Part shown: piece after piece, positions 53,785 through 64,000 of the stretch | Layout: every line of letters starts with the position of its first letter | Position numbering within the stretch: the stretch's first letter is position 1 | Origin: Ginglymostoma cirratum | Lineage: Eukaryota | DNA length: 64,000 nt | NCBI GenBank assembly: GCA_024137785.1 | Contig: JAHRHZ010000283.1 | Span: forward strand, 16,283,451-16,347,450 | Reading direction: 5' to 3' | Program-made: the position numbers and the translations under genes | Notes under the pieces: model-generated | Database searches by the model: none | What the model was told of the DNA's origin: nothing | Seen by the model: only the letters and a program-made list of their open reading frames with translations

Positions 53785-56486
53785 CTGAAAAATAATATGA
53801 CAGCATCAGTTAGCTTGAAGTACTTTGCATAAAAGAATAAACACATGCTCATAGGTTAACATGTTATTGATATTTAATAGTGCTGAAACTGCAAGTTACT
53901 ATGGACAAATCAGTTAAAGAAAATCATTTTTGAATCAGAAGTTAATAGTCCATGAACACCAAAGCCTTCAGATTCTCTCTACCCAGCCTGCACCTACTGC
54001 TAGCCTACCAAGCCCCTCCTCCACTGTGTCAACCAGAGTCCCAAATTCCAAATAGCTAAAGTTAAAGAAATATTTTAACACAGATAATGACTCACTTTAT
54101 TTGTTTACAGCATTTACACAGCACAGGTTTTGAATATTAAATAGTTTAGCTTTTGGATACATCTGCCATGGGTTCCCATCCCTGTTGCCTTCAAGATGAA
54201 AATAAAGGACCTTTCGGCACGGCTGTAGTGACACTGTGAAAATATTCCTTCCTTTACACAGGGAGGCCTATGGTCAACTCCTACCTGGTCCAAAGGTGTG
54301 TAACGACAACCCTGAACAGGGGTGTTTATATTAAAATACCTTTAAATACAATATCCAATATCACGCCTAACTGAAGGATGCTTCCTTCTAAGTTAAAAAC
54401 TTAGTTGATTTCAAACTTTATTAAATTTAAAAGTTCATTCACTAAGGAACTTTAACTTAATATTTCATGCTTTAATTTTTCATTTAAAAATGGGGGAGGA
54501 AAAAAAGTTGCCTGACCGCTCCAGAATCAAGATCACTGAAGTTTCCAACAATTTACATTCTTAACATTTTCTGATTTTTTAAACTGTAGATTATATGAAC
54601 AGCAGTCAACTCCAAAAACGTCACTGAAGGTTGCATATTTAAAGCCTAACGACCCTTTAAAACAAGATCAATATTTAAATATTAAACAGTAGTTGTGCTA
54701 AATGCAATTCTTATGCATCAGATCTCTTTTGTAATGAACCAGTAGCAGATATTATAACAGCAGTAAACATTTAAAGATGCCTTTCTCCTCACTGTATTTC
54801 AAACTAAATATTTTTAAAACATTTCTATTAGTCAAAAAAGGCCAAGTAAAAGAATAAATTACCATACTGGTTGTGTAACCATAAGATTCACATACCAATG
54901 GCAATCAAATCACATGTCACTCCAACGGAACACCTAACATTTAGAAGGCATTTATCAATTCGAAACATGAGAAGGCTATATTTTGCTAACAAAGACAATG
55001 ACAAATAATAATAATGAAGCTAAGCAATATTACAAAGTAAATGAAAAATGTGTTGACAAGATGAAGCACTGCACAGGAAAAGGCACAAGCTTTTAAAATA
55101 CGCACTCAAACACTCAAAGTCAGTGCAAATATCAAAAGCTTATCCTTTCCTGGGGCAACATCACCTGCAATTTATTTCTTGCCAATTTTAACTTTCAGTT
55201 TGGTTAATAGTGGTATGGGAAGTCATTAATAAATAAGAGCTTTATATGCAAGAAATGTGCTTAGCACACAAGTCATGTACACACACCATTTAGGAAAAAT
55301 GACTGCAGATAACCAAGTACGAGTCTGACTTCACATTCCTTCTTTCAAACTCCTGAATTTGCCTCACCAAATCAGATAATTAGTGAAAAGGACATATACC
55401 GCATTCCACAAGATAAAAAAGTGGCAATCATTTTGAAGCAGCTTTGCACATCTGCTAGTAACGTCAGCTCTAACATTATCAAGTGAGGCACACTGAATAA
55501 CACCTCAAAAATACTGCATAAACGTTGAAGCAAATTCTATACAAAAAATTTCCATAGTTTAATTTCTTACCAAACTATCATATTACACAGGAAGTTAAAG
55601 CTCTGAGCAAACAGGTAACTATTGCCATGTATTAGCCTGACCAGTTAGGAGTAGTGCAATTGTCAGAGAAAGCACTGGCAAACCAAATACTCTTTTTTTT
55701 TGCAAATTTCGGGCAACATTCAATGCCTGCAGATTTCTTGCTGAAATAACAGATAATTATCTGGCTTGCAAACAAAACAGTGTTGCAACTGAAACTCTCA
55801 CGAACTGAAAAACTTGTTAACTGCATTTTTCTGATAGATTTTGTTCAAAGTATTGGAACTTAATAAACAGTTAGGAATTTACCCAATAAACACACCTGGG
55901 ATTTACATTAAAAAAAGCAATTTTTCTCAATTTCAAATGCAAAACAAAGTGAGGAGCAGCTGCAATTTATTTACAGTCCACTGCAAGTACTAAACCCAAC
56001 TGGTGCAACAGCAACACAAAGACATTAGATTTAGTGCCCCTGCAGTGCTTCCCTCCAAAACCTGCACAGCTAGGAAACCAACAAGCATAAAAACAAATTG
56101 CTGAACACATATAGTCCCCAGTAATCATTCTATTCTCAGTAATATCATTCATAACACCTGTAAGGCTCATTCTCATTATCTTCCACAGGTCAAGAACTAC
56201 GTGCCTATTTTTTCTTTACTGAATGTTGGTTTCATATAAGAAGGTAACTCAATTGTGGTCAACGTAATAATTGGTAATATTTGTGTCATCATTCTGTTAA
56301 AAAGTCTCACCTCAACACTAAATGTTGGAGGTCAGTCAAATAGGTCACAGATTCCTCCACAACTTTCAGGGCCATTGTTGCTCTGTGCTTACTTCACAGG
56401 AGACATAAATAAAAGAATCTAAGTGTCACCTATTGAGGCAATACATTCTAGATGCCTAATAATGGATAATAAATAAATAAATAAAG

Positions 56487-56675
56487 ATAGTAGGAACTAC
56501 AGATGCTGCAGAATCTGAGATAACAAGGTGTAGAGCTGGATGAACACAGCAGGCCAAGCAGCATCAGAGGAGCAGGAAGGCTGACGTTAAGGGTCTAGGC
56601 CCGAAATATCAGCCTTCCTGCTCCTCTGATGCTGCTTGACCTGCTGTGTTCATCCAGCTCTACACCTTGTTATCT
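56487..56675. mobile_element. Fold-back element with 67-bp inverted arms (copy 4)
   Basis: 56518-56584 pairs with 56609-56675 with one mismatch; 24-nt loop holds a damaged hammerhead core; one-sided tail at ~56487-56517. Confidence 0.9.
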
Positions 56676-58029
56676 ATAATAAATAAACAAATGTCTGGGC
56701 CTGAGGATCTGAATATCAACTAAATATTAGGGTTTCAGCCCACCAGTGGAGTATTTGGTATCCTGACTGCTCATCATAAAGGCAGTACAGCTGACCTATG
56801 TGAATGTGATATAGATTATGATACACATCACAAAAAAAGTAAAATTTCTCACAGGATCCTAAACTTATTCTTTCAATTTATTTTTAATATTTAAATACGG
56901 CACATAAACTGGGATCATCATGTTTATAACTAAATGTTCAGTTAGCTTTTTAAAGGCATCTTTCTACCTGATCAAAGATTACACACACACTTCCTGGAGT
57001 CCATTTTGTGTTAGGCATACCACCAAAAAAAACCGTACAAGTATCTTAACTATTTACATTTTGTTATTGATACGTGGAGAGAGGGAAAAAAAGTTTCTCG
57101 AAAACGACGAATAACAATTGCTTTTAGCAGCCGATCGTCCGAAGCCGCTGTATCAAACACGTTTACACATCTACAAAAGAGGAAGGGAGGGAGAAAAACA
57201 GCGTCACGACGAATTTGTTAACTGCTTCCATTAGTGCAGGTTTCCGATGGGTCGGACACACTTTCACGCGAAAAGCGAAGGTTGGGTGAATCAGGGGGAA
57301 AGAAGAGGTATAAAAACATACTGGAACAAAAAAACTGCCAGCGATTTCGAGCGAATCTATTTGTTTGGCTTCAGTACAAGAGTGGAATGGATGTAAATGG
57401 GACGCGCTGAGGCTTGTGGGCAAAATGAATTGTTTTTAAAAACATTGCACTGGGAAAGGGGAGGGAATGAAAATCTCCAAAAGTGAAACGAAGATAGAAA
57501 ATCGGCAAGCAAGAGATGAAGGAGAAGAATTCCTAAAACAGCGTGGGTTAAGGAACTACATTAAGGGGTATTTTGCACGATAGGCTACTGGGCCTTTCGT
57601 AATGTCTCTAACCTAGACACTATCTATCACTCAAACTCTAAATGCCTTGAGCTGGCCATTTGACCAGACTCAGGCTACGGGCGGGAATTGATTTTTTTTA
57701 AAAGATACAGACATCAGGGGTAAGTTAAGTTTCGGGACATCTTACTTTAAAATAAAGGTTGCAATAATATTCTGAATAGATAATCCAAATAAAAGAGGGA
57801 GGCTACTGGGACAGCAGCTTGAAGCCACATCCCCAGCAATTATCAGGTTAAAAATAATAATCCAGGCTTTTAAGAGTAATTTGATCTGTTTTTTTTCTTA
57901 CACGAAGTAAATTACGTTTAGGGGATGGTAAAATAAGTTTAAAGATTATTTAAGTATATAGATAAGTTTTATTTTTAAAGAAAAATCAAGGCGACGAGAC
58001 GGGGTCTATGTTAATCCTCCGTTACGTAC

Positions 58030-58056
58030 CGCTGTCTGAAACCTCGGCTGTTCTTC
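58030..58056 (-). CDS. MAX: MAX exon 2, 27-nt microexon
   Basis: ttttcag acceptor, gtacgt donor; EEQPRFQTA, equivalent to the 9-aa p22/p21 alternative exon. Confidence 0.95.
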
Positions 58057-58324
58057 CTGAAAAACAGACAAGTGCACAAAATGATCACACAGCCGGAGAG
58101 TTGGCGCTTTACAAAAAAAAAATCGACAGAGAGAGAGAGAAAGGAGGGGAAATCCGTAACTACAGAGAAAAGGGGGAAAAATTATTTTTTTTCACAATCA
58201 GGTGGAAACAACTCCCAACACGTTAAAAACATTTTATTATTTTCGAAACACAAACGAAACTGAAAAATCAAGCAAAATTTCGAAACAAAAATAACAATAA
58301 TAGAAGGCACCAGGCGAGACTTAC

Positions 58325-58360
58325 GTCGCTTTCGACCTCGATGTCATCGTTATCGCTCAT
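58325..58360 (-). CDS. MAX: MAX exon 1 coding part, 36 nt
   Basis: ATG at 58360; MSDNDDIEVESD then gtaagt donor. The five exons total 483 nt = 160 aa plus stop. Confidence 0.98.
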
Positions 58361-58519
58361 GCTTTTTTTAATTAAAAAAATGCCCAAAAAAAAACCAACG
58401 CAGGGATCGCAAAAACGAAAATTAAACTTTCACAGGAATAGTAAATTAATGTCGGGAGGTACACAAAACAAAAACAAAAACAAAACACACAACTGTGAGG
58501 GGAGAAACCAACAGCAAAA

Positions 58520-58900
58520 TCACTCGTGACTCCGGCAGCAGCTCCGCCCGACAGGCCACGGCCCCCCACATCAACCTCGCCCCCACTGCGCATGGGCGGC
58601 TGGGCAGGCTCCGCTGGGGAATGTAGTACCTTCCACCATTGGCCTCCACTATCCGCGCTGGACGCCTGGACTACCTTTCCCATAATCCCCGGCCTCCCCA
58701 CAGACGGAGTTCCACCCAGTCAGCGAAATGGAAGAGATGGCCGGAAGTTCTTCCAGGAGCCGGAAGTCGCATGTCCCCCCCCAACTGTGTGCGTGGTGCC
58801 CGACGGGAATTGTAGTTCCCCCCTGCACCGCCCTGTTTCCCGGCCTATACTTCCCGAGAGTCATAGCGGCCGAAAGGAGGAGGGCAACATGGCAGTGGGG
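58520..58900 (-). promoter_or_regulatory. MAX: CpG-rich TATA-less MAX promoter
   Basis: Sharp GC/CpG rise; ZNF143/THAP11-type ACTACANNTCCC motifs (58611-58627, 58670-58688, 58805-58816); ETS CCGGAAGT twice (58741-58748, 58760-58767); CCAAT on - (58638-58642); GC boxes; NRF1-like TGCGCATG (58587). Confidence 0.85.
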
Positions 58901-59164
58901 AAGGTAGATAGAGAGAGCAGGATGTTTGACTTGACAACAGGCAAAACAATTCTCTTAGGACTCGGAGTGACGATGAAAGCACCCACACAAAGCGATATTG
59001 CGTGGATGTCCAAATTTCTTTACATCTACAACTTTATTTCACAAACAACAATTCTTATGAGACGATATTAGAACAGGGGTAGGAGATCTAATATCTAAAG
59101 TTGACAGGTTATCTCGTTGAGTCACGACGTTACCAGCTCTTTAATGACCAACTCCCTCACTTCA

Positions 59165-59301
59165 GCGATAGTAGGAACTGCCGATGCTGGAGAATCTGAG
59201 ATAACAAGGTGTCGAGCTGGATGAACACAGGAGGCCAAGTAGCATCAGAGGAGCAGGAAAGCTGACGTTTCGGGTCTAGACCCTTCTTCAGAAATCACAA
59301 A
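59165..59301 (-). mobile_element. Hammerhead-core element (copy 5)
   Basis: 12-bp flanking duplication tccctcacttca (59153-59164 / 59302-59313); - strand 59264-59291 reads CTGAAGA-A-GGGTCTAGACCC-GAAAC-GTC. Confidence 0.85.
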
Positions 59302-59378
59302 TCCCTCACTTCAAGTCCTTTTCGAATCGCTCAAACATGCCACAGGTTGTCCTAGAAATAAGGGACAGAATATATCCA

Positions 59379-59469
59379 GCATGGGGCTGGATAAACACAG
59401 CAGGTCAAGCTGTCATCCAGCCCCATGCTTGTTATCTCGGATTCTCCAGCATCTGCAGTACCTTTTATC
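59379..59469. mobile_element. Internally deleted fold-back element (copy 6)
   Basis: 14-bp TSD acagaatatatcca (59365-59378 / 59470-59483); arms agcatggggctggat / atccagccccatgct; family tail present; no hammerhead core. Confidence 0.85.
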
Positions 59470-59539
59470 ACAGAATATATCCATTTCGTTCTGCTTCCTC
59501 AAGGCTTTGAGACTTGCTGCGTGATGTAGCTTGATGTAG

Positions 59540-59850
59540 AAGGCGTTAACTTTCTGAATGATTGGGAGCAGTAATGATGCTGTGACACTTTAAAGAGCGT
59601 TTCAGAGTGATCTTTGGAACTGTGTGAGTTGTCCATTTAAGAGTTAAAGAACAGAACCAAGGTGGGGCATATGTTTGTTGGACATTTGAATGTTGTGCAG
59701 TTCATCAAAGTTAGTTTTGCAGTTCCTGAATGTTTATGGAGCTGATTTCAAGGAGCACACTAGTTTTTCTTCGATGATCCTGACACTGAAGCTGAAGAAT
59801 GTGGTGGAGACATCGTTGTTGGAATTTCTTTCGTGCTTTTATGCTTTTTT
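59540..59850 (-). mobile_element. Decayed RTE-clade LINE fragment
   Basis: FQQRCLHHILQLQCQDHRRKTSVL resembles RTE FH.RCLR.IL.I.WQD.R.N.SVL. Confidence 0.7.
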
Positions 59851-60159
59851 TCTTATTCACTCTTAGGAGATGGATGTTGGTTGCTGGCCAGGATTTATTG
59901 CCTGTCCAAAGTTGCTCTTGAGAAGATAGTGGGTGAGCTGTTTTCTCGAACTCCTGCAGTCCACTTTCTGTACATTGACCCACAATGTCTTTGAGAATAA
60001 ATTCCAGGATTTTGACTGCAACAATGAAGGAACTACGCTGTATTTCCAAGTCAGGCATGCTGGTGTTCCCATGTATCTGCTGTCCTTGCCTGTCAAGATG
60101 GAAGTGGTCGTAAATTGGAAAGTGCTGTCTAAAGATCTTTGGTGAATTTCTCCACTTGG

Positions 60160-60692
60160 AACACTGTGAGCAGATGCTGGCACCATACTTTAGGAAGGAT
60201 TTATAGGCCTTGGAGGGAGAACGATATATATTTGCAAGAATGACACCTTGATTTCTGATGTTAAATTATGAAGCAAGATCATACAAAATTAGACCTGTTT
60301 TCTCCATAATTTAGACGGTTTAGGGGTGATCTAATCAAAGTCTTCAAGATATTAAATGAAAAGACAGGTAGAGAAAGAAGCTATTTCTGCTGGTTGGGGA
60401 TTCTAGAACTGGGTTGCATGATCGAACAATTAAGGCCAGATATTGCATTAGAGATGTTAGAAAGCACTTGTGTACCGAAAGAGTGGTAGATGTTTGGAAT
60501 TCTTTTCCACAAATGGGAGTTGATGCTAAATCAGCTGTTAATTTTAAATCTGAGGACGATAATTTTTTATTAAGCATAACTATTAAGGGATATGGGCTAA
60601 AGACCATGATATGGAGTGAGGCCATAGATCAGCCATGATCTCATTGAATGGTGGGAGGCTCGAGGAACTGAATGGTCTGCTCCTGTTCCTTT
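60160..60692 (+). mobile_element. CR1 LINE 3' fragment
   Basis: RGDLIKVFKI..., DVRKHLCTERVVDVWNSFP and a CR1 3' UTR. Confidence 0.85.
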
Positions 60693-62099
60693 TGAAGAGT
60701 GAAAGACCAGCTATAGCACACCTAATTTAATCTCTTTTCATGAAAAATACACCAGCAAGCAAATACTTTGCTGCTCTTACTGATTAACTTTTCAAGAACG
60801 TCCAATTTGTTACTTACATTAAAGAGTTTGTTTTCTTAGTTTATTGTGTACGGTGCATTGGCTCGGTGTTTGATCTTATTGTCAGAAGTCCTACTCTATG
60901 TGGACCATACAAAGAAATCTCAGCTGCACAATAGCTGTTGAATCTCTTGACTTCAAAATGCAAAAGCAACTTGATATTTAGAAAGTTTGAATACACAATG
61001 GTTCAAAATAAACACTAGCTTACTGTATAACATACTGAAAATGACGTGTTCTACTTGGCAATAGTGGAACAAGAAGCATAATTAATCTATGAATGTCAGA
61101 ACTGGCCAAAAGCTATTGATGTAATAGGCTTTAAGCAAGTAAAGACAGGGAAAGGGAAGGATAGAACCAAAGGGTAAATTTTGTGATTGTGTTGAATGGA
61201 AGGAGTGCCCTAAATTATAATAGGGATAATAGGTGCAGGACAAATGAACAGGTCAAGAAGAAAAAGATAGTTCACAGAGATACGACATGCTGAGCATTGC
61301 CATTACACTCCAAGTGAGGTGATCTGTTGTTTGTGGAGGCTAGTTGGATTGAAGGTGAGGACAAGGTTCTGGGAGGGAGTTAAAAATCAAAGAAATGTCA
61401 GAAATGATGAAGAGCCTTGTCAGCCCATATTTAGCATTCAAAAGGTACGGTTCTCCAATGTAAACCTGGTCCACTCTTCCATCATCCTCAGGAACACTTG
61501 TGTTCCTTTTCCGTGTCACCATCCTGCATAGGGAGAGGAAATGAAACACTTACGCCTCGTCCCTTCTGCCTGAGTTTCCGATCACTTGGCATTTGAATTC
61601 TCTGTCCTTATACTCTGATCCGGTAAAGTTCTCCAAAGTTATGTGGAACAGCACTTCATCTTCAATTTAACATTTTAGAACATTTTGCACTTGTTACAAA
61701 CAACTGAAAATTGAGGAAAACATTGAATTGGGTTGAAAATCTACAATAAAACTGGACTATTGAATTTCTTTTGAAAGTAGTTTTTTTTAACCTGTAATTC
61801 AAATGTCTAAAGGTAAGTGGTTGGAACAAAATAGAGGTCATACACTTTACAATAACACCACTTATCTGCTTTTCCTTGAATTATCTACCTTTATTTTCTC
61901 AAAAGCATGCATTGGAATTTAATTCTGATGAAAGCCTGTAGACCTGAAATGTTAACTATTGTTCTTTTTTCCTCAGATACTGCCAGACATCCTATTTAGT
62001 TCCTGCATTATTCTTATTTTGGATTGAATATTATTGCAAACCTATAGCTGTTATCTGAATGTAGATCTTGCAGTTTTAAACGTGTGCTTTTGGTGGAAT

Positions 62100-64000
62100 C
62101 GTAAGAAAAAGGAGCAGGAGTGTGCCATTCACCACCGAGCTTGCTTCGTAATTCTGTGAGATTGTGGCTGTTGCCTTATCTCCTCGTTCCTGCCTTCTTC
62201 TCCATAATCCTCGACACCCTTGTGGATCAGAAATCTGCCTAACTCAGCTTTGAATGCATTCAATGACCTAGATGCCATTGCTCAAAGGAGGAAATTTCTC
62301 CATATCTAAGTCATAAATTATGACTTGTTTATGAACTCTCATTTCTAAACTCTGTCCTTTAGTTCTTGGGTGGAACATCCTCTCAGCATCTACCATCTCA
62401 AGCTCCCCTCAGAATTTTATGAGATAACAAGGTGTAGAGCTGGACGAACACAGCGGCCAAGCAGCATCAGAGGAGCAGGAAAGCTGACGTTTCGGGNNNN
62501 NNNNNNNNNNNNNNNNNNNNNNNNNNNNNNNNNNNNNNNNNNNNNNNNNNNNNNNNNNNNNNNNNNNNNNNNNNNNNNNNNNNNNNNNNNNNNNNNNNNN
62601 NNNNNNNNNNNNNNNNNNNNNNNNNNNNNNNNNNNNNNNNNNNNNNNNNNNNNNNNNNNNNNNNNNNNNNNNNNNNNNNNNNNNNNNNNNNNNNNNNNNN
62701 NNNNNNNNNNNNNNNNNNNNNNNNNNNNNNNNNNNNNNNNNNNNNNNNNNNNNNNNNNNNNNNNNNNNNNNNNNNNNNNNNNNNNNNNNNNNNNNNNNNN
62801 NNNNNNNNNNNNNNNNNNNNNNNNNNNNNNNNNNNNNNNNNNNNNNNNNNNNNNNNNNNNNNNNNNNNNNNNNNNNNNNNNNNNNNNNNNNNNNNNTGGC
62901 CTGCTGTGTTCGTCCAGCTGTACACCTTGTTATCTCAGATTCTTCAGCATCGGCAGTTCCTTCTATCCCTCAGAATTTTATGTTTCGTTAAGATCACCTC
63001 TCATTTTCTAAACTCTAATGAATAAAGGGCCAATTTGCTTGACCTTATAAGACAATCCCTCAGTCCTAGGAATCAGTATAGTCAATATCCTTTCAACTGC
63101 CTCTGGTTCAAATATGGTCTCACCAGTGCCCCGCATAGTTGTAGTAAGGCACCTTTGTACATTGTATCCACTTAGCAATAAAAGCCAACATTCCATTTGC
63201 CTTTGTTGTTTAGTGTATTGGATGCAAACATATGATTCATGAAAAAGGATACCAATATCGTTACTGCAGTGTTTTGTAGTTTCTCTCCATTTGTAGGTAA
63301 TTTCTATCCAAAGTGACTGCTCTCAAGTTTCCCCACAATATACTTCATCTGTCAATGTTTCCCCACTCGTGTAACTCATTCATATTCCTTTGCCTTTTTT
63401 CATCTTCACAACCAGCTTTCCTATTTGCCTTTCGCTTATCTGCAAACTTTGCTGCAGTTCAGTCCATTCCTTCATCCAAATCGTTAATAGATCGCAGGTA
63501 GTTGAGACCCCAGTACTGATCACTGTGTTACTTCTGTAGTTAGTTTGCAATGTTGGATATGTCCCATTTATCACAACTTTCTCTTCCTTGTTGTTTAGCC
63601 AGTCATCTATCCATGTTAATACATCATCCCCAACCTCTGAGATATTATCTTGTGTAGTAACCTTTAATGTTGAAACTTATTGAATGCTTTTTGGAAATCC
63701 AAAGACAAAACATCTGCTGGTAACTCTATTCACCTTGTTTGTTACATCCTCAAAGAACTCTAATAGATTTGTCAAATGTCATTTCCCTTTCACAGTACCA
63801 GATTGCCGTGCCTGTTTTTCAAAATGTTGTGCAGCTACTTCGCCTATTTTAGCATTTTCTCAGTTACATGATAAGTTAGCTGCTCTCTTGCTCTATGATT
63901 TCTGTTTCTCTGCTTTCTTGAATAAGGGTATTACATTTTGCATTTTTCAATCCACTGTATCAGTAGTACTTGGCCACCTCCAATGCTGAGTTGTTTCTTC
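62100..64000 (-). mobile_element. Old CR1 fragments, interrupted by element copy 7
   Basis: CR1 3' UTR near 62105-62170; RGDLNET.KI, ANGMLAFI, FADKRK and DVF.FGFPKSIQ.V remnants. Confidence 0.75.
62422..62966. mobile_element. Longest fold-back element (copy 7); interior hidden by a 400-N gap (62497-62896)
   Basis: 16-bp TSD ccctcagaattttatg (62406-62421 / 62967-62982); inverted arms on both sides of the gap; one-sided tail. Confidence 0.85.

Noticed and set aside
58526-59071. 181-aa + strand ORF over the MAX promoter
   Set aside because: Non-ATG start, Pro/Arg-rich, no recognisable domain; expected from stop-codon scarcity in GC-rich DNA.
8879-62966. Dispersed similar repeats considered as a CRISPR-like array or tRNA-SINEs
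   Set aside because: Not regularly spaced, individually flanked by TSDs, eukaryotic context, and no Pol III A/B boxes.
62370-63011. 213-aa and 152-aa ORFs
   Set aside because: Artefacts of translating through the 400-N gap.

Overview
Eukaryotic, AT-rich, repeat-dense genomic DNA. The repeat set (HE1/V-SINE-like, Deu-domain SINE-like, abundant CR1, Penelope) points to a cartilaginous fish, probably a shark. Two convergent protein-coding genes can be read directly. The 3' half of FNTB (farnesyltransferase beta; six coding exons, + strand, 2647-27590) has its earlier exons outside the window. MAX is complete (five coding exons, - strand, 58360-39240, 160 aa), with a CpG-rich promoter carrying ZNF143/ETS/CCAAT motifs. 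This tail-to-tail order matches human 14q23. The rest is mostly decayed LINEs (CR1, L2, Rex1/Babar, RTE, probable L1/Tx1), SINEs, a solo LTR and a Penelope-like element, plus two assembly gaps. The most notable signal is a family of short non-coding mobile elements (at least 7 recent copies, 5 with exact 12-16 bp target-site duplications). They have fold-back arms and a one-sided ~30-nt tail, and four carry a minimal hammerhead-ribozyme core (CUGANGA-stem-GAAAC-GUC). This architecture mirrors the Penelope element in MAX intron 3. Also noted: a candidate alternative MAX terminal exon, a stop-proximal polyA signal and a miR-22 seed match. Exon numbers follow the human genes from memory; repeat boundaries are approximate.
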